The notes under the pieces were generated by a model. It did no database searches and was not told the origin of the DNA. It saw only the letters and a program-made list of their open reading frames with translations. Positions 1 to 10,671 of a stretch of 64,000 nucleotides of DNA are shown in pieces; the first letter of the stretch is position 1; every line of letters begins with the position of its first letter. The DNA lies in the NCBI RefSeq assembly GCF_963921235.1, contig NC_086109.1, positions 21,268,001 through 21,332,000 of the forward strand. The letters run 5' to 3'. Origin of the DNA: Mobula hypostoma (taxonomy: Eukaryota). A program made the position numbers and the translations under genes.

Positions 1-297
1 TGCAGGAGTACGTGCTGGGTGTCGCGCTGAAACCTGGTGCAGCCACCGCAAGGGCCCGGTGGGAAAGGACCACAGTATAGGTTTCTCCACCCGTGGGAGT
101 GGGAGGGGTCGGTGGGTGGGGAGTATACCCCTCAACAACGATATGGTAAACTGAACTACTGGAGTGCCCCGTGGGTGGCTATAAATACGGATATGTACTG
201 ACTATAATGGAAACGTATGTAAAGGATGGAAAGTTATTGAATGGTTTATTGTATATATTTATTTTTGAATAAGGTATATTTTGAAATTAAAAAAAAC
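1..297 (+). mobile_element. 3' end of an L1/Tx1-like non-LTR retrotransposon (ORF2 C-terminus plus 3' UTR)
   Basis: Frame from nt 3 reads QEYVLGVALKPGAATARARWERTTV-stop (stop at 78-80), resembling fish Tx1 ORF2 C-termini. It is followed by a UTR with AATAAG and an A-rich tail at about 289-297. Confidence 0.6.
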
Positions 298-379
298 TAA
301 CAAGATAACTTCGCTCAACTTTACTTGCCCCGTCATTGAAATGTTCCCACAACCAATGGATTCACTTTCAAGGACTCTT

Positions 380-643
380 ATTTATAGAGATACAGTGGGG
401 AATAGGCCCTTCTGGGCCTCTGAGCCACACTTCCCCCAATTTAATCCTAGCCTAATCAGAAACAATTTACAATGACCAAATGGTACAACTTTGGACTGTG
501 GGAGGACACTGGAGCACCCGGTGGAAATTCACGCGGTCAAGGGGCGAATGTACAAATTCCTTACAGGGAGAGGTGGGAATTGAACCCCAGTCACCGTTGC
601 TGTAAAGCACTGTGCTATATCCACCACTCTACTGTGCTGCCCC
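380..643 (-). mobile_element. tRNA-derived V-SINE/HE1-like SINE
   Basis: Reverse strand begins gggcagcacagtagagtggtgg...ggggttcaattccc (tRNA-like head), has the V-core ccgggtgctccagtgtcctcccacagtccaaa and a CR1-like tail. Flanked by ACTCTT at 374-379 and 645-650. Confidence 0.75.
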
Positions 644-862
644 AACTCTTCATCTTATGTTTTTGATATTTATTGCTTATTTATTATTATTATTTCTTCT
701 TTTTGTATCACACAGTTTGTTGGCTTCTGCAATCTGTTTGAACGCTCCAGCAGGGTGGTCTTTCATTGATTCTGTTATGGTTATTATTCTATAGATTTAT
801 TGAGTATCCCCATATAATGAATCCTAGGGTTGTATATGGTGATATATATGTACTTTGATAAG

Positions 863-1295
863 GAGAATCTTCCGGAGGGAAGGCCTCAAAATCCCCGGCT
901 TTGCCTGTTGTGGGCGACCGAGAATAGTTCGGACAGAGATGCTGCACGGTACTCGGTGTCGGAGAGCTGATCGGATGCTCGAAGTTTTCAGATGACTCAG
1001 ATTCGGACTGTGGTCAGGTATGGCAGGGAGAGTTTTTCTTCCTTCTCCCGTCTGCGTGAGATGTGGGAAATTTGAGAGACTTTGAACTTTTTACTGTGCT
1101 CATGGACTTCTTCATCAAGTTACGGTATTGTTGCACTGTTGTACCTATATGTTATACTTATGTGGTTTTGTTAGTTTTTTCAGTCTTCGTCTGCCCTGTG
1201 TTTTGTGATATCACACCGGAGGAAATATTGTATCATTTCTTAATGCATGCATTACTAAATGACAATAAAAGAGGACTGCGTGTCTTCATAATCTA
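863..1295 (+). mobile_element. Non-coding CpG-rich retroposon with an AT-rich LINE-like tail
   Basis: Interrupts the Rex1-like tail and ends in ...atgacaataaaagagg...cataatctaa. No credible ORF. Confidence 0.45.
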
Positions 1296-1574
1296 AAATT
1301 TACTTTGAACTTCTTGAACTTTCAAAATAGTAGGAGACCTCAGTGGGCCACCCTAGGAGCGGGGTCTCGACCAAAATTGTTGACTGTCCATTACCTTACG
1401 CAGATGCTGCCTGACCAGTTCAGTTCTTCCAGCATCTTGTTTGTTGCTCCTGATTCCACCATTTCCCATCTCTTGTGTCTCCATCACGAGACTAATAACC
1501 TAGTTTAGAAAACTTCGCCTGACATTCTTGAGTGGTAATTGGCTGCTTCATTTCCTGCATTACAACAGAGGCAG

Positions 1575-2075
1575 GATCAGAATCAGAATCAGGTTTGCTG
1601 GCACTGGCATACACCGCGAGATTCGGTTTTTTGTGGCAGCAGTACATCGTGACATAAAAAATAGTATAAGTTACAAAAAAATGTGCAAAAGAGGAATAGG
1701 AAGGTAGTGTTTACGGACAGTTCAGAAATCTAATGGCAAGAGAAAAGAAACTGTTCCTGCAATGCTGAGTGTGGGTCTTCTGGCTCCTATATCTCCTCCC
1801 TGATGGTAGCAATGAGAAGAGAGCATGCTCCATTTGATGAGTGTCCTTAATGACAGATGCAACCTTGTTGATATACCATGGTTTGAAGTTGTCGACAATA
1901 GTGGGGAGGGTTATGCCCATGAAGGAGACGGCTAAGTCTATAACCCTCTGAAACTTCATACAGTTCTGTGCATTGGATCCCCCATGACAGGAGGTGAGGT
2001 AACCAATCAGAATGCTCTCCATGGTATCTCTATAAAAATTTGATGGAAGCTTTAGTGACAGCAATTCTCCTCAAA
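1575..2075 (-). mobile_element. Rex1/Babar LINE 3' fragment
   Basis: ORF 1711-2064 contains ESILIGYLTSCHG...LFSLLPSGRRYRS...NSFFSLAIRFLN, typical of the Rex1 C-terminus. (ctgatt)n tail at about 1575-1592. Confidence 0.8.
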
Positions 2076-3052
2076 CGCCAAATTTGGTCCTGCCGGATTG
2101 CAGCTAATTTACTTCCACTCCAACTCCATGGGATCTGAAGTGACTGATGAGACGAATGAGTGAAAAGCAGGCTCCTCCACAATGGGATAGGAGTTATCAG
2201 GACAGACAGATGTGTAGTTTTGGAGGTGGTGCAGTTCTTTGAACTTTATGCTGGGTTTCTTTGTATTCCTGGCTCATAGTTCTGAGTGCCATCCCGAGTA
2301 CTCCTTCTCCGCTTTGGACAGTGATAGGCTAGAGTTTCCCAGGAGTTCATGGGGACGTTGCAATTTGTTAAAGGCAGTTTTGAATTAGTTCCTTTGTCTG
2401 CGTGTAAACCCCTTGTGTCACATATAATAAATTATAGTGTCTGTTTCCAAAGTCAGGTATTGGGCCTCTTAGTGATGAAGAGTGCCCAGTGGAGCCAACT
2501 TGATGTAACTGAGGCCTCATAGTGGTGGATGTTGACCTGGGAGTGGACATTAAGCTCAGTTTGCTTATTCTTCCAGTGAGTGTTGCTGACTTGGTGGGGA
2601 TAGGCATTGGTGACATCTTATGAATGTTTTGAGTTGTCTGATAGTCTGGAGCTCAGAAACATACAGTGGAGGGCAGAGATTACTGTTGCCTTGTAGACCA
2701 TAAGTTTTGTGCCATGTCAGAGTCTGGTCTGCGCTCCTGACTTTCAAAGACTTTTATCCCAAATGGTGATGGTGAATTTCATTGTCAATATCCGCTTTGT
2801 TGAGATTACACTCTCAGTGTGTTTGCTTGACTGTAATGTGCTTTACAAAGCTCTGTGGTTATGAAAAGTGCTGTGTAATAGTGTTCCTTTTCATCAACAA
2901 TCACTGCCTCTCTGTGGTCCTGGACCTGCTAACCTCTCTTGCTGTCAACCTGTTAATCCCATTAACCTCTGCAGCCCTTCCCATTATTCTTTTTCCTCTC
3001 GCATCTCTCTAGTCTATCTCTTTTTAACATCCTGTCATCCATACCTTTCTTT

Positions 3053-5848
3053 TCCATAGAACCATAGAAACTACAGCACAGAAACAGGCCTTTTGGCCCT
3101 TCTTGGCTGTGCCGAACCATTTTCTGCCTAGTCCCACTGACCTGCACACGAACCATATCCCTCCATACACCTGCCATCCATGTATCTGTCCGATTTATTC
3201 TTAAATGTTAAAAAAGAACCTGCATTTACCACCTCGTCTGGCAGCTCATTCCATACTCCCACCACTCTCTGTGTGAAGAAGCCCCCACTAATGTTCCCTT
3301 TAAACTTTTCCCCCCTCACCCTTAACCCATGTCCTCTGGTTTTTTTCTCCCCTGCCTCAGTGGAAAAAGCCTACTTGTATTCACTCTATCTATACCCATC
3401 ATAATTTTATATACCTCTATCAAATCTCCCCTTATTCTTCTACGCTCTGGGGAATGAAGTCCTAACCTATTCAACCTTTCTCTGTAACTGAGTTTCTCAA
3501 GTCCCGGCAACATCCTTGTAAACCTTCTCTGCACTCTTTCAACCTTATTTATATCCTTCCTGTAATTTGGTGACCAAAACTGAACACAATACTCCAGATT
3601 CGGCCTCACCAATGCCTTATACAACCTCATCATAACATTCCAGCTCTTATACTCAAAACTTTGATTAATAAAGGCCAATGTACCAAAAGCTCTCTTTACG
3701 ACCCTATCTACCTGTGACAACACTTTTAGGGAATTTTGTATCTGTATTCCCAGATCCCTCTGTTCCACTGCACTCCTCAGTGCCTTACCATTAACCCTGT
3801 ATGTTCTACCTTGGTTTGTCCTTCCAACGTGCAATACCTCACACTTGTCAGTATTAAACTCCATCTGCCATTTTGCAGCCCATTTTTCCAGCTGGTCCAA
3901 GTCCCTCTGCAGGCTCTGAAAACCTTCCTCACTGTCTACTACACCTCCAATCTTTGTAGCATCAGCAAACTTGCTGATCCAATTTACCACATTATCATCC
4001 AGATCATTGATATAGGTGACAAATAACAATGGACCCAGCACTGATCCCTGTGGCACACCACTAGTCACAGGCCTCCACTCAGAGAAGCAATTCTCTACCA
4101 CCACTCTCTGGCTTCTTCCATCGAGCCAATGTCTAATCCAATTTACCACCTCTCCATGTATACCTAGCGACTGAATTTTCCTAACTAACCTCCCATGCGG
4201 GACCTTGTCAAAGGCCTTACTGAAGTCCATGTAGACAATATCCACTGCCTTCCCTTCATCCACTTTCCTGGTAATCTCCTCGAAAAACTCCAACAGATTG
4301 GTCAAACATGACCTACCACGCACAAAGCCATGTTGACTCTCCCTAATAAGCCCCTGTCTATCCAAATGCTTGTAGATTCTGTCTCTTAGTACTCCCTCCA
4401 ATAACTTACCTACTACTGACGTTAAACTCACCGGCCTATAATTTCCCGGATTACTTTTCGATCCTTTTTTAAACAATGGAACAACATAAGCCACTCTCCA
4501 ATCCTCCGGCACTTCACCCGTAGACAGCGACATTTTAAATATTTCTGCCAGGGCCCCCGCAATTTCAACACTAGTCTCCTTCAAGGTCCGAGGGAACACT
4601 CTGTCAGGTCCCAGGGATTTATCTACTTTAATTTTCCTCAAGACAGCAAGCACCTCCTCCTTTTCAATCTGTACAGTTTCCATGGTCTCACTACTTGATT
4701 CCCTCAATTCCATAGATTTCATGCCAGCTTTCTTAGTAAATACAGACGCAAAAAACCTATTTAAGATCTCCCCCATTTCCTTTGGTTCCGCACAAAGCCG
4801 ACCACTCTGATCTTCAAGAGGACCAATTTTATCCCTTACAATCCTTTTGCTCTTAATATACTTGTAAAAGCTCTTTGGATTATCCTTCACTTTGACTGCC
4901 AAGGCAACCTCATGTCTTCTTTTAGCCCTCCTGATTTCTTTCTTAAGTATTTTCTTGCATTTCTTATACTCCTCAAGAACCTGATTTACCCCCTGTTTCC
5001 TATACATTTCATACAACTCCCTCTTCTTATTTATCAGAGTTGCAATATCCCTTGAGAACCATGGTTCCTTATTCCTATTCAATTTGCCTTTAATTCTGAC
5101 AGGAACATACAAACTCTGCACTCTCAAAATTTCCCCTTTGAAGGCTTCCCACCTACCAATCACATCTTTGCCAAAGAACAACCTGTCCCAATCCACGCTT
5201 TTTAGATCCTTTCTCATTTCTTCAAATTTGGCCTTCTTCCAGTTCAGAACCTCAACCCTCGGACCAGATCTATCCTTGTCCATGATCAAATTGAAACTAA
5301 TGGCGTTATGATCACTGGAACCAAAGTGCTCCCCTACACAGACTTCTGTCACTTGCCCTAATTCGTTACCTAACAGGAGATCCAATATTGCATCCCCTCT
5401 AGTTGGTCCCTCTATATATTGATTTAGAAAACTTTCCTGAACACATTTTACAAACTCTAAACCATCTAGACCCCTAACAGTATGGGAGTCCCAATCAATG
5501 TATGGAAAATTAAAATCCCCTACCACCACAACTTTATGTTTCCTGCAGTTGCCTGCTATCTCTCTGCAGATTTGCTCTTCCAAGTCTCGTTGACTATTGG
5601 GTGGTCTGTAATACAATCCCATTAATGTGGCCATACCTTTCCTGTTTCTCAGCTCCACCCATAAGGATTCAGTAGACAAGCCCTCTAATCTGTCCTGCCC
5701 GAACACTGCTGTAATATTTTCCCTAACAAGCAATGCTACTCCCCCACCTTTCATTCCTCTGCCTCGATCACATCTGAAACATCGGAACCCTGGAATATTA
5801 AGCTGCCAGTTCTGCCCCTCCTGTAGCCAAGTTTCACTAATTGCTACA
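3053..5848 (-). mobile_element. 5'-truncated CR1 LINE (APE endonuclease plus RT)
   Basis: Contains the 810-aa ORF. 3' tail (ttctatgg)n at about 3053-3070, with the CR1 3' UTR hairpin region. Confidence 0.95.
3322..5754 (-). CDS. CR1 ORF2 fragment, 810 aa, probably inactive
   Basis: EN motifs YRPP, GDFN and SDH. RT motifs NYRPVSLTS, QHGF, DFSKAFDKV and GVPQGS. Catalytic FADD reads FADA, and the C-terminus is frameshifted into ORF 3128-3319. Confidence 0.9.
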   Translation of the reverse strand: MKGGGVALLVRENITAVFGQDRLEGLSTESLWVELRNRKGMATLMGLYYRPPNSQRDLEEQICREIAGNCRKHKVVVVGDFNFPYIDWDSHTVRGLDGLEFVKCVQESFLNQYIEGPTRGDAILDLLLGNELGQVTEVCVGEHFGSSDHNAISFNLIMDKDRSGPRVEVLNWKKAKFEEMRKDLKSVDWDRLFFGKDVIGRWEAFKGEILRVQSLYVPVRIKGKLNRNKEPWFSRDIATLINKKRELYEMYRKQGVNQVLEEYKKCKKILKKEIRRAKRRHEVALAVKVKDNPKSFYKYIKSKRIVRDKIGPLEDQSGRLCAEPKEMGEILNRFFASVFTKKAGMKSMELRESSSETMETVQIEKEEVLAVLRKIKVDKSLGPDRVFPRTLKETSVEIAGALAEIFKMSLSTGEVPEDWRVAYVVPLFKKGSKSNPGNYRPVSLTSVVGKLLEGVLRDRIYKHLDRQGLIRESQHGFVRGRSCLTNLLEFFEEITRKVDEGKAVDIVYMDFSKAFDKVPHGRLVRKIQSLGIHGEVVNWIRHWLDGRSQRVVVENCFSEWRPVTSGVPQGSVLGPLLFVTYINDLDDNVVNWISKFADATKIGGVVDSEEGFQSLQRDLDQLEKWAAKWQMEFNTDKCEVLHVGRTNQGRTYRVNGKALRSAVEQRDLGIQIQNSLKVLSQVDRVVKRAFGTLAFINQSFEYKSWNVMMRLYKALVRPNLEYCVQFWSPNYRKDINKVERVQRRFTRMLPGLEKLSYRERLNRLGLHSPERRRIRGDLIEVYKIMMGIDRVNTSRLFPLRQGRKKPEDMG

Positions 5849-6009
5849 TTAATCTTTTCATTAATCTTTCCCCATCACTTACTTTCCATCAGCTGTCCAT
5901 TGTCATAGGTACACCAATCTGCACTGACCCTCAAGTTCCTTGAAACAAGATAACACATTATATGCTCAGTGGCCATTTTAATAGGTACACCTGTACACCT
6001 GCTCATTAA

Positions 6010-7540
6010 GTCCATAAGACTATAAGATACAGGAGCAGAATTAGGCCATTCAGTCCATCAAGTCTGCTCTGCCATTTGATCATGGCTGAACCATTTCCCT
6101 CTCAACCTCATTCTCCTGCCTTCTCCTCATAGCCTTTCATGCCCTAACCTATCAAGAATCTAATTCCATCTTAAATACATCAAATGACCCAGTCTCCACA
6201 GCTGCCTGTGGCAACAAATTCCACAGATTCACCTCTAACTAACTGAAGAAATTCCTCTTCATCTCCATTCTAAATGGGAATAACTCTGTTCTGAGTTTGT
6301 GCCCTCTGGTCCTAGGCTCTGCTGCTATTGGAAACATCCTCTCTACATCTACTTTATCTAGGCCTTTCAATATTTGATGTGTTTCAATGTGATCTCCCAT
6401 CATTCTTCTAAATTCCAGCGAATACAGCCCCAGGGCCTTAAAACGCTTCTCATATGATAAGCTTTTCATTCCCAGAATTATTTTTGTGATTCTCCTTTGG
6501 CCCCTCTGCAATGTCAACACATCCTTTCTCAGAGGCTCACAGTTCTCCAAGTGAAGCCTCGCCAGTGCCTTATAAAGCCTCAACATTGTATTCTTGCTTT
6601 TATATTCTATTCCTCTCAAAATAAATGCTAACATTACATTTGCCTTCCTCACCACTGACTCAACCCGCAAGTTAACCTTTAGAGATCCTGCATTCGGACT
6701 CCCATGTCCTTTTGCATCTTGGAATTTTGAATTTTCTCCCTTTTAGAAAGTAGTCTACTCTTTTATTCCTTCTAACAAAATGCATGACCATACAACTCCA
6801 TTCCTTTGCCCATTCTTCCAATCTGTTTAAGTTCTTCTGCAGCCTCCCTGTTTCCTCAGCACTATCTGCCTCTCCAACCATCTTTGTATCGTCTGCAGAC
6901 TTGGCCACAAATCTATTAATTCCGCCATTCAAACCATTGATATGCAATGTAAAAAGAAGTTGTCCCAGCACCAGTCCCTGCAGACTCCACTAGTACTTGG
7001 CAGCCAATCAGAAAATCTCCCTTTATTCCCTCTCTTGCCTCCTGCCAATCAGCCAATGTTCTATCCATGCCAGAATCTTTCCTGTAATACCACAGGCTCT
7101 AACCTTGCTAAGCGGCCTCATGTGCAACATCTTGTCAAATGTCTTCTGAAAATCCAAGCACACAACATCCACCAATTATCCTTTGTCTTTCCTGCTTGTT
7201 ATGTCCTTAAAGAATTCCTACCGATTTGTCAGGCAGGATTTTCCCTTAAGAAAACCGTGCAGACTATGGCCTATTTTGTCATGTGCCTCCAAGTACCCCG
7301 AAACCCTATCCTTAACAAACGACTGCAACATTTTTCCAACTACCAAGGTCAGGCTAACTGGCCAATAATTTCCTTTTTTCTGCTTCCTTCCCTCCTTGAG
7401 GTGTGGATTCACATTTGCAGTTTTCCAATCCTTCAGAACCATGCCAGAATCTATGGATTCTTGAAAGATCAATACTAATGACTCCACAATCTCTTCAGCA
7501 ACCTCTTTTAGAACCTTGAGCTGTAGTCTACCTGGTCCAG
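6010..7540 (-). mobile_element. Degenerate CR1 LINE RT fragment
   Basis: ORFs 7218-7547, 6672-6971 and 6239-6670 carry CR1 RT motifs (GNYWPVSLT, SADDTK, LYKALARLHLE). (cttat)-type tail at about 6012-6027. Confidence 0.9.
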
Positions 7541-7806
7541 AATGCAAATATGCAAATAATTGATCAGCTAAGCATGTGGCAACAAATCAATGCATACAAA
7601 GCATACAGACGTGGTCAAGAGGTTCAATTGTTGTTCAGACCAAACATCAGGTTGGGGAAGAAATATGATCTAAGTGACTTTGACTGTGGAATTGTTGGTT
7701 ACAGGTGGATGGTTTGAGTATCTCAGAAACTGCTGATCTCCTGGAATTCTCAAGCACAACAGTCTCTTGAGTTTGCAGAGAATGGTGTGAAAGACAAAAA
7801 AAAAAC

Positions 7807-8300
7807 ACGAGAAAGTCTGCAGATTCTGGAAATCCAAAGCAACACACACAAAATGATGGAGGAACTCAGCAGGTCAAGCAACACCTGTGGAAATGACTAT
7901 GCTGTCGACATTTTGGGCCAGGACCCTTCTTCAGGACTGAAAAGGAAGGGAGAAGATGCCAGAATAAAAAGTTGGGGGGGAAGGGAAGGAGGCTAGCTGG
8001 AAGGTGATAGTGAAGCCAGGTGGGAGAGAAAGGTAAAGGGCTGGAGAAGAAGAAATCTAATAGGAGAGGAGAACGGGCAATAGGAGAAAGGGGAGGAAGG
8101 GGGGAACCCAGAGAGAAGTGATGGACAGGTAAGAAGAGGTGAAAGGCCCGAGTGGGGAATAGGAGGGGGGGGGTGAGAGGAAAATTTTTGCCAGAAGGAG
8201 AAATCAATATTCATGTCATCAGGTTGGATGGAATACAAGATGTTGCTCCTCCACCCTAAAGGTGGCCTCATCTCAGCTCAAGAGGAAGCTATGGACTAAC
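7807..8300 (-). mobile_element. Penelope-like element 3' end / pLTR
   Basis: Reverse strand has the GIY-YIG C-terminal remnant (QPDDMNIDFS), a pyrimidine-rich UTR, cagtcCTGAAGAagggtcctggccc and the gatgctgc...ctgctgagttcctcc tail seen in other copies. Confidence 0.8.
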
Positions 8301-8869
8301 AAACAATATACATCCAGTGAGCGTGACTTCTGTGGGTGAAAATGCCTTGTTAATGAGAGAGGTCAGAGGAAACTGGTTCAAGCTTACAGAAAGGCGACAG
8401 TAGCTCAAATGACCACGTGTTACAATAGTGGCGTGCCGAACATCATCTCTGAAAGCGTAACCTGTTGAACCTTGAAGTGGATTAGCTATAGCAGCAGACA
8501 ATCACATGCATATACTCAGCGGCCTATTTATTAGATTCAGGTAGTTACTTATTAAAGTGTCCAATGAATGCAGATTAATCTCCCTCTACACACTCCTTCT
8601 CAGCTCTTTTGTGGCTCAGTTGCTTTCACATTTGCTGCTGAATTAGAAAATTGCAGGCAGGTCCCTTTTCAGAGTTTTAAACATAAAAAGCAAGTCTTTA
8701 TACTATTGTAACACTCAGTGCTGCCAAAGATACGGTCTTAACCCAAAGACTTATGTGCTCTTTCGCACATAAAAGATTCAAGGGTTCTATTTTAAAAGAG
8801 TAGCATTGCTGATGAATATTTATTTCCTAAACAGTACAACTAAAATAGATTATTATAACACCAGTTTCA

Positions 8870-9725
8870 CACCAGTAAGATGAAATATTGAATGATCTAG
8901 GGGTTTTCTCTTTGGAATGAAGCAGGACGAGAGGTGACTTGGTAGAAGCGTACAAGATGATAAGAGGCAAAGCTATAAACTTTTTCCCAGATGGAAAATG
9001 GCTAATACAAAGGGGCATAATTTTAAGGTGATTTGAAGAAAGTACAGGAGAATTCAGAGATAAGCTTTTTCAGACTGAGAGTGATGGGTGCATGTCCGAG
9101 AGTGATGGTAGAGGCAGATACATTAGGGACATTTAAGAAACTCTTGGATAGGCCCATGGATGAAAGAAAAGTGAAGGGCTATGTATGAAGGAAGGGTTAG
9201 ATTGATATTAGAGTAGGTTGTAAGCACACATTGTGTGCCAAAGGGTCTGTGCTGTGCTATAGTGATCTATGTTGCCTGGTTTGGAGCATTTGAATTATGT
9301 GGAGAGTCTGGAGAGGCTAGGTCTGTTTTCTCTGTGGGAAAAGAGGTTAAGTGGGACTATGACTGAGGTAGTTAAAATTGAAGGATATAAATAGAGTAGA
9401 CTGCAAGAAAGGAACTGTCCATGTTTTTGTTCAAAATCTGCATCAGGGCTCAAAATACATGCCTTGAAGCAAGGTCGTAGATTTTGGTTAAGGGGTAAGA
9501 AATGTAGAGGGAATCTGAGAGGGACAGTTATTAGCTGGAAAGTAGTAAGGACTTGGAATGTGCTGCCGGGGAGGGTGGTGGAACCAGCAATTGCAAAGTG
9601 TCTAGATGAGCACTTGAATTCCCTGGACATGGAGGGTCATGGAGCATCTGATAATAAACATAGAATTTTTGGGTACAGTTGAGTTAGACTCAATTCCCTG
9701 TTCCTGAGCTGATGGTTCTGTGACT
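8870..9725 (+). mobile_element. Two old CR1 3' fragments
   Basis: Degenerate (L)GFFSLE..RR.RGDL.E.YK coding remnants and CR1 3' UTR motifs. Confidence 0.7.
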
Positions 9726-10079
9726 GGTTTGTTTTGTAGGAATATTCCATGGTCTTGAAAAGTGCTATAAACCTAAGATAGTTATTCTTTTATAGATTCC
9801 CACCAAACATCTAGGACATGAAAATAGTTCAGGAGCATATCCAGAAAGAGACACAGCACTGACGTTTCAGACCTTTTGTCTGATAAAGTACTTTTGGCCT
9901 AGTAAGTGTGGAAAGTGAACAAAAACTAGGGTTCCCATACTATTAAAGGGCTGGATGGGACAGACTTTGTCAAATGTCTTTGGAAAAGTTTCCTTAATCA
10001 ATATATAGAGGCCCCAAATGGAGAGAGTGCAATATGGGATCTCCTGTTAAGGAACAAGACAGGGCAGGTGACAGAAGTG

Positions 10080-10580
10080 TGTCACCTACCTATAGGAAAA
10101 ATATCAATAAGATTGAGTCTTTACAAAGATATTGCCAGGACTTGAAGACCTGAGTTAGAGAGAAAGATTGAATAGCTCGGGACCTTATTCTGTAAAGTGT
10201 AGGAACATGAAGGGAAATTAGATAGAGGTATACAAAATAATGAGGGTTATAGATAGGGTAAATGCAAGCAGGCTTTTTCCACTGAAAGTTGGGTGAGACT
10301 ACAACTAGAGTTCATGGGTTAAGGGTGAAAGGTGAAATGTTTTAGGGGAATATCAGGAGGATCTCCTTCACTCAGGGGGTGGTGAGAGTGTGGAATGAGC
10401 TGCCAGTGGAAGAGGAGGATGTGGGCTTGATTTCAACATTTAGGAGAAATTCGGCTAGGTACGTGATGAGAGGGGTATGGAGTGCAGGTCGATGGGATTA
10501 GGTAGAATAATAGTTTACCATGGACTAGATGGGCCAAAGGGCCTGTTTCTGTGCTGTAATGCGCTCTGACTCTGACTCTA
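10080..10580 (+). mobile_element. CR1 3' fragment
   Basis: Similar to the 3' end of the 3053-5848 CR1. Ends in gggcctgtttctgtgctgta...(tgactc)n. Confidence 0.8.
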
Positions 10581-10671
10581 AATGTTCAGCAGAAAAAAAA
10601 GCGAGCAGCAAATGGACACAAAATGCAGCAACATGTTAAAATTGTAAATTTGAGGATGTTATAGCTATATT

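Larger units (their letters stand above)
298..1323 (+). mobile_element. Rex1/Babar-type 3' tail interrupted by two nested insertions (380-643 and 863-1295)
   Basis: Tail text is continuous across the inserts: ...ggactctt|catcttatg... and ...gtactttgataa|aatttactttgaacttcttgaact. The same tail motif occurs at about 13925-13970 and about 21130. Confidence 0.55.
5963..8570 (+). mobile_element. Non-autonomous Tc1-like DNA transposon split by a CR1 (6010-7540) and a Penelope piece (about 7807-8300)
   Basis: TA plus TIR-like gctcagtggccattttaataggtacacct at 5961-5992. Transposase N-terminal remnant (GKKYDLSDFD...LSISETADLL) at about 7650-7745. Resumes at about 8301 and ends with an inverted TIR pair at about 8512-8570. 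Confidence 0.75.

Noticed and set aside
3322..5754. Active CR1 reverse transcriptase
   Set aside because: The element is 5' truncated, the catalytic FADD is mutated to FADA, and the C-terminus is frameshifted.
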